A stretch of 64,000 nt of DNA from Gammaproteobacteria bacterium (GCA_021648485.1 JAKISS010000002.1:14443-78442); one strand, 5' to 3'. Numbered from the stretch's first letter, positions 46,791 through 56,882 are shown. The notes: generated from the sequence alone by a model not told the origin. Numbers and translations: made by a program.

Positions 46791-47888
46791 TCACGGTTTG
46801 CGCGCTTTGGCATAGGCAGCCTCGGAGAGTTCGCTCCAACTGTCATTGTTATCTGCGAAGGTTTTGTACGCTTGATAAATGCGTTTGAAATCGGCATCTT
46901 TGCCAGCTTCTTCCTCCAGCACTACCGTAGACAGTCTGCGCAATTCGGCAATGACTTCATCCGGAAATGCGAGCACCTGCACGTTGTACTCGTTTTTCAA
47001 CTTTCCAAGAGCTTCAAGATTCTTCGCTTCAAACTGCGCCAGCATCCACAAGTTGGATGCGGAAGCGGCAATTTCAATCGTCTTTTGCAGATCCGGCGAG
47101 AGGCTGCTCCAGGCTTCGGAATGAACATTCAACTCCAACACCGGACCGGGTTCATGCCAGCCTGGGTAATAATAATATTTGGCCGCACGATACAGGCCAA
47201 GACGCTCGTCATGAAACGGCCCGACCCATTCGGTAGCATCGATAGTGCCACGATCCAGCGCAGTGTAGATTTCACCACCGGCCATTAATACCGGCGTGCC
47301 GCCCGCCTTGGCAAACACTTTGCCGCCAAGGCCGGGGATACGCATTTTCAAGCCTTTCAGATCAGCAATGGAATCGATTTTTTTATTGAACCAGCCCCCC
47401 ATTTGCACACCGGTATTACCCATGGGAAAAGGCACCAGGTTGTGTGGCTTGTACAGCTCACGCCACAGTTCCAGTCCACCACCTGCGTACAGCCACGAGT
47501 TCATACCCTGCGCATTCATGCCAAAAGGCACCGCAGTGAAAAACTGCCCGGCGGGGATTTTTCCTGCCCAGTAATAGGCCGCACCATGGCTCATTTCCAC
47601 CGTGCCCTGGGAAACGGCATCAAAGGCCTGCAAAGGCGGCACCAGTTCGCCCCCCGCATAAACGGTAATATTAAGTCGGCCATTGCTCAGGGCTTTTACA
47701 TCTTTGGCAAAACGCTCGACACCTTCCTGAAAAATGGGAAAGTTTGGTGGCCAGGTGGTGACCAGTTTCCATTTGTAGGTTTTGTTTTCCGCTGCAACAG
47801 CCGTCGTCGGTGTATTAGACCCACCACAGGCACTTAAAACCAATACGGCAAACAGCGTGAAAAAAACCAGCAACTTACTTCGAAACAT
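46791..47888 (-). CDS. dctP: TRAP transporter substrate-binding protein (DctP family)
   Basis: Lipoprotein-type signal (LVLSAC); 365 aa. Typical DctP-family length and composition. Confidence 0.8.
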   Translation of the reverse strand: MFRSKLLVFFTLFAVLVLSACGGSNTPTTAVAAENKTYKWKLVTTWPPNFPIFQEGVERFAKDVKALSNGRLNITVYAGGELVPPLQAFDAVSQGTVEMSHGAAYYWAGKIPAGQFFTAVPFGMNAQGMNSWLYAGGGLELWRELYKPHNLVPFPMGNTGVQMGGWFNKKIDSIADLKGLKMRIPGLGGKVFAKAGGTPVLMAGGEIYTALDRGTIDATEWVGPFHDERLGLYRAAKYYYYPGWHEPGPVLELNVHSEAWSSLSPDLQKTIEIAASASNLWMLAQFEAKNLEALGKLKNEYNVQVLAFPDEVIAELRRLSTVVLEEEAGKDADFKRIYQAYKTFADNNDSWSELSEAAYAKARKP

Positions 47889-47907
47889 GATGTTGTCCTT
47901 ATTTATG

Positions 47908-48036
47908 TATCTAAATTTAAATGTAAATTAAGCGCTAAAACACTTTTATCCAAAAAAACACTGCGTATTTAACGCGACGTTTTTAGTGTTTTTCTCTGCA
48001 CCCTTTGCGTCTCTGCAACCTCTGCGCTATCACTCG
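47908..48036. repeat. Repeat family 2, left-half copy
   Basis: tttaaatgtaaattaagcgctaaaaca matches the TIRs of the 55078..55379 element. Followed by ctctgcaccctttgcgtctctgcaacctctgcgc core motifs. Confidence 0.65.
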
Positions 48037-48163
48037 CCACTTGTCAGTATCATGACAACACAACCCCCAATACACAGGAACAATTGTTCGAGGGTTTAAA
48101 CCTCTGAAAGAAAGAATTGATGAAGACAATAGGAGAAGAAAAATTCCGTTGATTGATTCAGGA

Positions 48164-50353
48164 CTATACCGGCTGCAAATTCGCGTATTCCATCATCAAC
48201 CACTTGCTGCCAATGCCGTCAAAGTTCACCTGCACCCGCGCCTGCGCGCCCTGACCTTCCACATTAAGCACCACGCCATCGCCAAACTTGACATGCAGCA
48301 CACGCTGGCCAAGCCGCATGCCACCAACGGATGGCTCCCGCACGGGAGAGGAAAACCCCGCCGAACGACTGGCTGCAAAACTGACACTGCCGCCAAGCCT
48401 CACTTCCTCCATTAACTCAGCCGGAATTTCACTGATAAAACGCGAACGATGAGGATAAGTTTCGTTGCCGTACAAGCGACGGCTTTCCGCATGTGTCAGA
48501 TACAAACGCTGACGGGCACGGGTAATGCCCACATAACAAAGGCGACGCTCCTCGGCGAGGCGACCGGGTTCGTCCAGCGACATTTGATGCGGAAACAGCC
48601 CCTCCTCCACCCCGGCTAAAAACACCAGCGGAAATTCCAGACCCTTGGCGGAATGCAAGGTCATCAGTTGCACACCATCCTGCGAGCCATCAGTTTGCTT
48701 GTCGCCCGCTTCCAGTGCTGCATGGGATAAAAATGCCGACAGCTCGTCCATTTTCTCTTCGTCTTCCGGCGTTTCCTCCTGCTCATCCCCTTGTTCAAAA
48801 AAACGTGCAGCGTTAACCAGTTCCTCCAGGTTTTCCACCCGCGCCTGTCCCTTTTCACCACGGTCTTTTTTATAGTGTTCAAGCAAAGTGCTGTGATGCA
48901 GGGTATGCTCTAACTGCTCGTAGAGGTCCATGCCGCCAGTATCACTGGCCAACCGGGGGATCAGTTCAAGAAACGCACCCAGAGCGGAGGTGGCTCGTGC
49001 GGGCAATAGCTTTTGCTCAACCACGGCCTGTGCAGCCTGCCATAAGGCGACATTATGCTCGCGAGCGTAATCACGCGCAGCACCGACAGTCTTGTCACCA
49101 ATACCCCGCGTGGGTGTATTCACCACCCGCTCAAAAGCAGCATCGTCATGCCGGTTGGCAATGAGTCGCAAATAAGCCAGCGCATCCTTGATTTCTGCAC
49201 GCTCAAAAAAGCGCATACCACCGTAAACGCGATAGGGAATACCGGCCTGGATCAGTGCCTCTTCAATCACCCGCGACTGTGCATTGGAGCGATAAAGAAT
49301 GGCGTTATCCCGGTAGGGGTTACCGTTATCCACCCAGTTTTGAATTTGCTCGACAATAAAACGCGCCTCGTCACGCTCGTTGAACGCGGAATAAAGCTGG
49401 ATGGCTTCACCGTCTTCGTCAGCAGTCCACAAATTTTTGCCGAGGCGGTCATCATTGTTGGCGATCAACGCATTGGCAGCGTTGAGAATATTGGCCGTAG
49501 AACGGTAATTCTGTTCCAGTTTTATGGTATGAGTACCGGGGAAATCACGGGTATATTGCTGGATATTTTCGATCTTCGCACCGCGCCAGCCATAAATCGA
49601 CTGATCGTCATCACCCACCGCAAACACCCGGGATGTTTTGCCCGCGAGAACACGTATCCAGGCATACTGAATGCTGTTGGTATCCTGAAATTCGTCCACC
49701 AGAATGTGTCGAAAGCGGCTCTGATAATGCGCCAGCAGATGTGGGTTTTTCAGCCACAACTCGTGCGCACGCAATAGCAGCTCGGCAAAATCCACCAGCC
49801 CCGAGCGCTGGCACATTTCCTCGTACGTCTGGTAAATGCGAATCATCTGTTTTTGATAAGGGTCGTCGAAATGCTCGATGTGTTCAGGGCGCTGGCCTTC
49901 ATCCTTGCGTGCATTAATAAACCACTGGGCCTGTTTGGGCGGCCACTGCGTATCATCCAGCTCAAGACTGCGAATCACCCGCTTGATAGCACGTTGCTGG
50001 TCTTCGCTGTCAAGAATCTGAAACGTCTGCGGCAGACCCGCATCTTTCCAGTGCGTGCGCAGCAAGCGATGCGCCAGAGAATGAAAAGTACCCACCCACA
50101 TACCGCCCACTGGCTGTTTGAGCAATTCTTCGATACGGCCACGCATCTCCGCAGCGGCCTTGTTGGTAAAGGTGACGGCAAGAATACCGTAAGGTGACAG
50201 ACCTTCTGTGGCTACCAGCCAAGCGATACGATGCACCAGCACCCGGGTTTTACCACTGCCCGCGCCCGCCAGCACCAGCACGTTTTCAGGCGGGGCACAC
50301 ACCGCCGCGCGCTGGGCTTCGTTGAGTTCATCTATTATAAGGGAAACATCCAT
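48164..50353 (-). CDS. uvrD: DNA helicase II
   Basis: AGAGSGKT, VDEFQDTN, and a characteristic C-terminal region; 729 aa. Confidence 0.95.
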   Translation of the reverse strand: MDVSLIIDELNEAQRAAVCAPPENVLVLAGAGSGKTRVLVHRIAWLVATEGLSPYGILAVTFTNKAAAEMRGRIEELLKQPVGGMWVGTFHSLAHRLLRTHWKDAGLPQTFQILDSEDQQRAIKRVIRSLELDDTQWPPKQAQWFINARKDEGQRPEHIEHFDDPYQKQMIRIYQTYEEMCQRSGLVDFAELLLRAHELWLKNPHLLAHYQSRFRHILVDEFQDTNSIQYAWIRVLAGKTSRVFAVGDDDQSIYGWRGAKIENIQQYTRDFPGTHTIKLEQNYRSTANILNAANALIANNDDRLGKNLWTADEDGEAIQLYSAFNERDEARFIVEQIQNWVDNGNPYRDNAILYRSNAQSRVIEEALIQAGIPYRVYGGMRFFERAEIKDALAYLRLIANRHDDAAFERVVNTPTRGIGDKTVGAARDYAREHNVALWQAAQAVVEQKLLPARATSALGAFLELIPRLASDTGGMDLYEQLEHTLHHSTLLEHYKKDRGEKGQARVENLEELVNAARFFEQGDEQEETPEDEEKMDELSAFLSHAALEAGDKQTDGSQDGVQLMTLHSAKGLEFPLVFLAGVEEGLFPHQMSLDEPGRLAEERRLCYVGITRARQRLYLTHAESRRLYGNETYPHRSRFISEIPAELMEEVRLGGSVSFAASRSAGFSSPVREPSVGGMRLGQRVLHVKFGDGVVLNVEGQGAQARVQVNFDGIGSKWLMMEYANLQPV

Positions 50354-50696
50354 CGGATCATTCTACCAGAACTACTCTGTTGTCATTCTGGCGAAAAGCA
50401 AAATCCGGTGGTTTTTTTGCAAAGTACCGAATCCTGGCCTGCGCCGGAGTACATACATCACAAAATATACCCGGCAGATATCTTCAAATTATTCCGCCCG
50501 GTAGTTAGGAATAAACAACCCCGCAGCAAGCTATCTCGCTACGCGAAGCGGGGTATTACGCGAATGACGTCAACATGTACTGACAATGTATTGGGAACGT
50601 TCGTAATGTCGGGAGTACGACAACAATAACTCCTCGAATCATGCAATATTTTCTTGGTAGCCCAATGTGCGAGTGATTTGGCTCTTCATTCACATT

Positions 50697-51539
50697 TCAG
50701 ATAAAACGCATCGACAAATCCACTGCGCGTATATCCTTGGTAATACTGCCCACCGAAATAAAATCCACGCCTGTGTCTGCAATGGCACTCACACGCTCAA
50801 GATTGACGCCACCGGAAGCTTCCAGCCTGGCGTGGCCATTATTTTTCTCACGATTGAGCATCACAGCCTCACGTAAAGTCGCTAACGCCATGTTATCCAG
50901 TAGCAGTTGATCAGCCCCGGCATCCAGTGCCTGTCGCACTTCATCCAGGTTTTCCACTTCTACTTCCACTTTCAATTCTGCATGTTGTTGTCGGGCACTG
51001 GCTACAGCTTCGGCAATGGAACCAGCAGCAAGAATATGATTCTCCTTGATAAGAAAGGCGTCGAATAACCCCATACGATGGTTGCTGCCACCGCCACAGG
51101 TCACCGCATATTTTTGTGCTGTGCGCAGACCGGGTAAGGTTTTTCGCGTATCGAGGATCACCGCGCCGGTGCCACTGACTGCATCCACAAATTTACGCGT
51201 CTGCGTGGCCGTGGCAGAGAGCGTCTGCAAAAGATTCAGCGCGCTGCGCTCACCACTGAGCAAACTGCGCGAGTTACCCGTCAAACTGCACAGGGTTTGG
51301 TTGGTGCAAATAACGTCCCCGTCCCTGACCTGCCAATCAACAACAATGTGTGAATCCAGTTGCCGAAACACTTCATTAAACCAGGCTGTGCCACATACCA
51401 CGGCATCTTCACGACTGATCACCTGTGCGGTGGATTGCGCATCGGCAGGAATCAGTGCGGCACTGATATCACCGTTACCGATATCTTCAACCAGCGCGGC
51501 GGCAACCACAACAGCGAAATCTCCTGGCAACTCAGGCAT
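50697..51539 (-). CDS. nadC: Nicotinate-nucleotide pyrophosphorylase (quinolinate phosphoribosyltransferase)
   Basis: Preferred start MPELPGDF at 51539, an 8-nt overlap with the upstream gene stop. DTRKT, IKENH, LLDNM motifs. Confidence 0.9.
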   Translation of the reverse strand: MPELPGDFAVVVAAALVEDIGNGDISAALIPADAQSTAQVISREDAVVCGTAWFNEVFRQLDSHIVVDWQVRDGDVICTNQTLCSLTGNSRSLLSGERSALNLLQTLSATATQTRKFVDAVSGTGAVILDTRKTLPGLRTAQKYAVTCGGGSNHRMGLFDAFLIKENHILAAGSIAEAVASARQQHAELKVEVEVENLDEVRQALDAGADQLLLDNMALATLREAVMLNREKNNGHARLEASGGVNLERVSAIADTGVDFISVGSITKDIRAVDLSMRFI

Positions 51540-52413
51540 CACGTCGCAACACCAGCAGGCGATAGGTTTTATAACGCTCAAACACGGCCTGAGTACGATG
51601 ACCGGTAAAATATTTGTATTTTTGTTTTTTGATTTTTTTACCAAAGAACATTTTGAACACTGCCTTGATCAGTCCCCAGATACGCGGGTGGTTTTCACGC
51701 AAATAGCGATCAAGTGTCTGCCCGGCGGGCACCAGCCGTAACATCAGTGTTTCATCCAGCAGCTTGATGTTAGGGCTGACCTGTCGGGTGATATCAATGT
51801 CTTCCAGTAAACTGAAAGGATGCTTGCCCAGTTCGGTATAAAATTCGTGCATTTTGTGACCGCCGCCAAAGCTTTTATCGCCGGGCTGACCATCACCTGC
51901 GTGTTCCGTTTTGAAAAAATCACAAATCACCACCCGCCCGCCGGGTTTGACGATTTGCGCCAGAATGGGAAACGAAGCCGACATGGGAATGTACTGATAA
52001 CTCTCACTGAACAGTGCTGCATCGTAATAAGCACGACGCTCGTCAATGGGAAATTGTTCGAAGGTGCTTTCAAACAAGCGTGTCGATTTGTCGCTGTGCG
52101 CCACAAGACGCTGGCGCACCTGCTCGGCGAGTTTGGGGGCAGGCACCAGACCATCTGCTGCAAAACCACGTTCCAGCAACTGGGCAAGAATATGGCCTGT
52201 GCCGCAACCGATATCGATAACGCTGGTTTGCTGGCCGGTTTTTTTATCCTTTACCGCAGGCAGCGCATTAATGATCTGGTTGGTGTAGCGCTGCTGCGCC
52301 TCAGCCAGATTGGCAAAACCCAGCGGCAGATCATCCATCCACAATCCGTAGTGCAGATCATCCACACCGAGGAGCTGCTGGCCCAGCACCAGCCCCAGTT
52401 CCTTGCTGTTCAT
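51532..52413 (-). CDS. Class I SAM-dependent methyltransferase
   Basis: VIDIGCGTGH motif. Preferred start MNSKELG at 52413. Confidence 0.7.
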   Translation of the reverse strand: MNSKELGLVLGQQLLGVDDLHYGLWMDDLPLGFANLAEAQQRYTNQIINALPAVKDKKTGQQTSVIDIGCGTGHILAQLLERGFAADGLVPAPKLAEQVRQRLVAHSDKSTRLFESTFEQFPIDERRAYYDAALFSESYQYIPMSASFPILAQIVKPGGRVVICDFFKTEHAGDGQPGDKSFGGGHKMHEFYTELGKHPFSLLEDIDITRQVSPNIKLLDETLMLRLVPAGQTLDRYLRENHPRIWGLIKAVFKMFFGKKIKKQKYKYFTGHRTQAVFERYKTYRLLVLRRDA

Positions 52414-52620
52414 TTTTTTGCTTGACTGGCTCACATTCGGGGTCTCACTACAGTGGCTGAATAGATACAAAAGCGGCACCATACAGGGTGCCGGGCAATG
52501 AATATTAAAGGCTTCGTGATGACCACACAAGCTGTGCATAATTTTTGTACTTCGTCCAAGTCTATCCGTAAAACCTCCGTCTGTGTTAGAGTGGCTGCCG
52601 AATTCAAGAGGGCATATTCA

Positions 52621-53031
52621 ATGAAACAACTTTATATTCTGGCGCTGGGCACTGCCTTACTGAGTCTGCTGGCCTGCTCCGATTCTGACGACGACAAGTC
52701 GCCACAGCCAGCCGCCACGGCTCCAGTAGAGCAAACCCAGCAACCGGGCACAAAGCTCAACCCGGCACAACAGAAAGCCATCGATGATGCCAAGGGCATG
52801 CCCAAACAGGGCGTCGTAAAAACAATGCTGCACTCTTCGGGCTATACGTACATGGACGTGGACACTGGCAATGATAAATCCGTGTGGATCGCTGCCGCCA
52901 TAATGCGTATAAAAATCGGAGACACCGTGAAGTGGACTGATGCCGCCGTCATGCGCGATTTCAAAAGCTCCAGCCTGCACCGGACCTTTGATGAAATCCT
53001 GTTTGTCTCCAACGCTTCTGTGGTGCAATAA
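52621..53031 (+). CDS. Lipoprotein of unknown function
   Basis: MKQLYILALGTALLSLLAC lipobox; RBS AAGAGGG; 136 aa. Confidence 0.65.
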   Translation: MKQLYILALGTALLSLLACSDSDDDKSPQPAATAPVEQTQQPGTKLNPAQQKAIDDAKGMPKQGVVKTMLHSSGYTYMDVDTGNDKSVWIAAAIMRIKIGDTVKWTDAAVMRDFKSSSLHRTFDEILFVSNASVVQ

Positions 53032-53052
53032 ACAGGCAACGACAAAAAACCA

Positions 53053-53081
53053 GGGGAGTCATTTTCGACTCCCCTTTTTTT
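53053..53081. terminator. Bidirectional rho-independent terminator
   Basis: ggggagtc attttc gactcccc, flanked by an A run upstream and a T run downstream. Confidence 0.75.
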
Positions 53082-53324
53082 ACCCCAAATTTATACCTCA
53101 GATAAAACGTGGATTTAAGCGCTACATCGTCATATTTAGGGACACGTACCTGATTCTCATTTAACCACCAAAGAATGCAAAGCCAGGGGTTTGTCCTTTC
53201 TGGTATCTCCTTTTCCGAAGACACTTTACCTTTACTGATTAATTTAGGATGATCTTTGAGAATTTGACTTTTAGTCGAACGCATCATATTCATTTCATGG
53301 CGGCATGATACTCCGGGTAAATCA

Positions 53325-53534
53325 ATGCAAGCTGCTACACTTCACAATACCGGAAAATTAGGATTTTGGGGAATAGGCAGCTATTACCTTGGTCAGCATA
53401 TGCATATCGTTGCACAGGTTTTTGAGTCCCTTGCGCCTTTTACCTGGGTGGCAACAGGGCTTCTGATCCTTGTTTTGTGTATTTATCTGATCCGAAGACA
53501 TAACCACCAAAAAGCCTCGCCCGAAAAACACTAG
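53325..53534 (+). CDS. Small hydrophobic hypothetical protein (69 aa)
   Basis: ORF only. One TM-like segment WVATGLLILVLCIYLI. No recognised family. Confidence 0.3.
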   Translation: MQAATLHNTGKLGFWGIGSYYLGQHMHIVAQVFESLAPFTWVATGLLILVLCIYLIRRHNHQKASPEKH

Positions 53535-53740
53535 TGTAGTGTCCTATATAAAACGTGTATTTAGAAAGCCCGTCAAGGCGTGAGTGCAAGGCGCAGGTTG
53601 CAGGGAATGGCCACTCCCTTTCCAAAGCCTGCAACGCAGCAATCGCGCCTTGACGGGCTTCCCGGAGGGCGAGACAAGGCTTTTGGATACTACTTCAAGT
53701 TTGCCGAGTCTAAATATGCGTTTTATATAGGACACTACAC
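53534..53740. mobile_element. MITE family 3 (207 bp, TA target duplication, IS630/Tc1-mariner style)
   Basis: Perfect TIR gtgtagtgtcctatataaaacg at both ends, flanked by TA (53532-53533 and 53741-53742). The interior forms a long hairpin (cccgtcaaggcg ... cgccttgacggg). Confidence 0.8.
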
Positions 53741-55059
53741 TAGGTGCCTGTCTCTGCCGAGGCAGGTCGGCATTCGCAGCCCTTTTCATACAGTTCATCA
53801 CGCCGCAAACCGACCTTTAAGGGTTCCCGGTCATGCCCTGCCAGCACCTGGTAAACATTGATACTGCCTTCATCAAAATAATAGGCGGAACCTGCCATAT
53901 ACAGTCGCCATACCCGATAGGTTGCTTCGCCGACAATATCCACTGCTTGTGCCTTGTTCGCTTCCAGCGAGGCCACCCAGTGACGCAGCGTCATGGCGTA
54001 ATGACGACGCAGCCCTTCTACATCGACAATCTCAAAACCGGCATCCTCCATCGCATCGATAACATGACCAATACGCGCCAGTTCGCCATCCGGGAATACA
54101 TAACTGTTGATAAAGCGGGTAATCGGCGTGTCCCGCCAGCCGGTGTCGTTGGTGATACCATGGTTGAGAAATAACCCGCCCGGAGCCAGTACTCGTTTAA
54201 TCGTGCTGAAATACAGCGGAAAATTACTTACTCCGATATGCTCGAACATGCCGACACTTACGACACGGTCATAGCGAGCCGTCTCAGGCAGGTCGCGGTA
54301 ATCCCGTAATTCAACCGTCACCAGGTCTTCCAGTCCTTCCTTGCGTATGCGTTCCCCGGCATAAGCCGCCTGCTGTTCACTCAGGGTAATACCATAGGCC
54401 TTTACGCCATACTGCCGCGCCGCCCAACAGACCAGGGCACCCCAGCCACAGCCAATATCCAGCAGAGTTTCACCGGGGGTCAGACGCAATTTGCGGCAGA
54501 TATAATCCAGTTTATCCCGCTGGGCATTATCCAACAGCTGCTCAGTATCGGAAAAATAGGCACAGGAATAGACCATTTCCTGATCCAGCCATAAACGATA
54601 AAAATCATTACCCACATCATAATGATGGGAAATGCTCTGTTTTGTATTTTGCCGTTTGTCGTGTCCGGCACGTATCGCCTGTGTGTCTTTTTCACGATGA
54701 TGTCGTGGTAACCTGAATGCCAGACGCATCACACGCAACCGGGTTGACCAGGGAATAACCAAATCCCGCATATAGGTGACCAGGTCAAACAGCTGCTCTG
54801 CATCACCCTCAATATTGCTCTCTTCCGCCAGATAGGCTTCGGCCAGACGTACCACATTTCGGTGCAGAACCAGTTGGCGCAGTACCGAGGGCTGCTTGAA
54901 AATTACCGTGCAGAGTGCATCCACCTGCCCTGTCACCCGTTCCCCGTTCCATATTTGCACAGCGACCGTGCCACGATAGTCGGCCAGGATCTGTTCCAGA
55001 ATCTGTCGTCCTGCCGTTGCAACAGCATGTTGATTGTCATTGTGATTATCGTCAAACAT
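53740..55059 (-). CDS. cfa: Cyclopropane-fatty-acyl-phospholipid synthase
   Basis: HYDVGNDFY, LLDIGCGWG. Start ATG 55059 with GGAGG 8 nt upstream. The track start at 55086 lies inside a repeat TIR. Confidence 0.85.
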   Translation of the reverse strand: MFDDNHNDNQHAVATAGRQILEQILADYRGTVAVQIWNGERVTGQVDALCTVIFKQPSVLRQLVLHRNVVRLAEAYLAEESNIEGDAEQLFDLVTYMRDLVIPWSTRLRVMRLAFRLPRHHREKDTQAIRAGHDKRQNTKQSISHHYDVGNDFYRLWLDQEMVYSCAYFSDTEQLLDNAQRDKLDYICRKLRLTPGETLLDIGCGWGALVCWAARQYGVKAYGITLSEQQAAYAGERIRKEGLEDLVTVELRDYRDLPETARYDRVVSVGMFEHIGVSNFPLYFSTIKRVLAPGGLFLNHGITNDTGWRDTPITRFINSYVFPDGELARIGHVIDAMEDAGFEIVDVEGLRRHYAMTLRHWVASLEANKAQAVDIVGEATYRVWRLYMAGSAYYFDEGSINVYQVLAGHDREPLKVGLRRDELYEKGCECRPASAETGT

Positions 55060-55077
55060 AAGCGCAGCCTCCGTTAA

Positions 55078-55379
55078 CTTAAACATGAATTAAGGGCTAA
55101 ATCACCCTGTTTTCAGGTATATGCTGGCTAAGCCTGAATCATGAAAATCCAACGCAAAGGCGCGAAGACGCAGAGAGCGCAAAGGGTTATGAGGATAACG
55201 AGCAAAAAGAGATAAAAAAATCTCAAATACTGTGGATCTCTGCGTTCTTTGCATCTTCGCGCCTTTGCGTTAGATTTTATGACTCTGTGATTCGTGATCG
55301 AGGAACAACCTGTCCCACCGAATGTAAACCAATAATTTTATTTAGTTGAACATTTTTAACGCTTAATTCACATTTAAAG
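55078..55379. mobile_element. Repeat family 2, full element (~302 bp) with TIRs and central inverted repeat
   Basis: The left end cttaaacatgaattaagggctaaat is compared with the reverse complement of the right end, ctttaaatgtgaattaagcgttaaaa. Central arms aacgcaaaggcgcgaagacgcagaga (55151-55176) and 55237-55271. Confidence 0.65.
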
Positions 55380-55388
55380 AGTAAAGCA

Positions 55389-56744
55389 CTACAACTTCAA
55401 GATACTTCGATAACCAGCAACCTCAACGTTGTACTTTGTAATGCGCCTCAGGTGATCACGCATCGCCTCCAGTGCCGCTGGCTCACCATGCACTAATTGG
55501 ATGTTCGTGTATTTGGTCAGTTGCGATTGTTCCAGCCAGTGCTGGATATCCACGTAATCACCGTGTCCGGACAAACCATGCATGACTTCCACACGCGCCT
55601 TCACGGGTATCCATTCACCATGAATTTTTACCTCTTCGGCACCATCAATCATTTTTTCTCCACGGGTGCCACCGGCCTGATAACCGGTAAACAACACCGT
55701 GGTGCGATGATTGCGTAACAGGCGTTTGAAATGATGAAGAATACGGCCACCGGTAGCCATGCCGCTGCCAGCAATAATAATGTGCGGGTATTGCACGCCA
55801 GACAGTGCCATGGAATCTTCCACACTGCGTGTATACGTAGTCATCTCGCACAATCGGTCACACTGTTCGTGATTCAGGCGATGATGCTGTGAGTAACGAC
55901 AGTAGATATCCGAAACACTGATGGCCATAGGGCTGTCCAGAAACACCGGCACATTGGGAATACGCTCTTCATGTTTCAACATAACCAGTAAATGTTGTAA
56001 TGCCTGAGCACGACCCACAGCAAAACTGGGAATCAGCAGTACACCACCCGCCTCCGCCGTTTCATTGACGATGGTCGCAAGCTGATCCAGCGGGTCTGAA
56101 TCTTCATGCCGACGATTGCCATAAGTAGACTCCAGCAACAACAGGTCCAATTCGGGCAGCGGCACGGGCGGCTTCATCAACACGTCATCGGGTTTGCCCA
56201 CATCGCCGGAAAACCCCACACGCTTGCCTTCGGCTTCCACAATGAGACTGCCCGCGCCGAGAATATGCCCGGCACTTTGCAGATGCATGGTAAACGCGCC
56301 CACCGTAAATGTTTCACCAAACGCCACGGCCTCAAACAGGCTCATGCTTTGCTCGGCGGTGGCACGGTCGTAAAGAGGTTCCGGGTGCTCATGTTTGCTC
56401 AGTTTGTGACGTTCGTAATATCGGGCATCTTCTTCCTGAATGTGGCCACTGTCCGGTAACAGGATGCCACACAGGGCCACACTGGCATGGTGGGTAAAAA
56501 CCGGTTTACGAAAACCCTGATGGTACAGTGCAGGAATATAACCGGAATGATCCAGATGTGCGTGAGTAAGCACCACGGCATCCAGCGTTTTAATATCCAG
56601 CGGCAGAGGTTGCCAGTTGCGTTTGCGCAGCCACTTATAGCCCTGAAACAAACCGCAATCCACCAGTATCCGGGTATTGCCACTTTCCACAAGATACTTG
56701 GAACCGGTAACGGTTTCCGTGCCACCAAGGAAGGTGATTTTCAT
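55389..56744 (-). CDS. MBL-fold beta-CASP family hydrolase (RNA-metabolising type)
   Basis: HAHLDHSG metal motif near the N-terminus; 451 aa; C-terminal GLSGHGD. Confidence 0.75.
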   Translation of the reverse strand: MKITFLGGTETVTGSKYLVESGNTRILVDCGLFQGYKWLRKRNWQPLPLDIKTLDAVVLTHAHLDHSGYIPALYHQGFRKPVFTHHASVALCGILLPDSGHIQEEDARYYERHKLSKHEHPEPLYDRATAEQSMSLFEAVAFGETFTVGAFTMHLQSAGHILGAGSLIVEAEGKRVGFSGDVGKPDDVLMKPPVPLPELDLLLLESTYGNRRHEDSDPLDQLATIVNETAEAGGVLLIPSFAVGRAQALQHLLVMLKHEERIPNVPVFLDSPMAISVSDIYCRYSQHHRLNHEQCDRLCEMTTYTRSVEDSMALSGVQYPHIIIAGSGMATGGRILHHFKRLLRNHRTTVLFTGYQAGGTRGEKMIDGAEEVKIHGEWIPVKARVEVMHGLSGHGDYVDIQHWLEQSQLTKYTNIQLVHGEPAALEAMRDHLRRITKYNVEVAGYRSILKL

Positions 56745-56882
56745 ATCGGCATTCTCCTGTTTTTACCTCTACCTCTACTTCTATTTATAGTTACTCTTGA
56801 TATCTCAAGCCCATAAATAAAATTCCGCGCCTGATGCAAAGTGGGCATTGCCCACCTTTCTGCAAAAACGAAACCACATTAT

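Noticed and set aside
52961-53293. 110-aa minus-strand ORF between the lipoprotein gene and the small TM ORF
   Set aside because: It runs through a bidirectional terminator hairpin (53053-53081), a MITE-1 TIR remnant (53231-53248) and the 3' end of the lipoprotein gene. No family motif is present, so it is most likely spurious.
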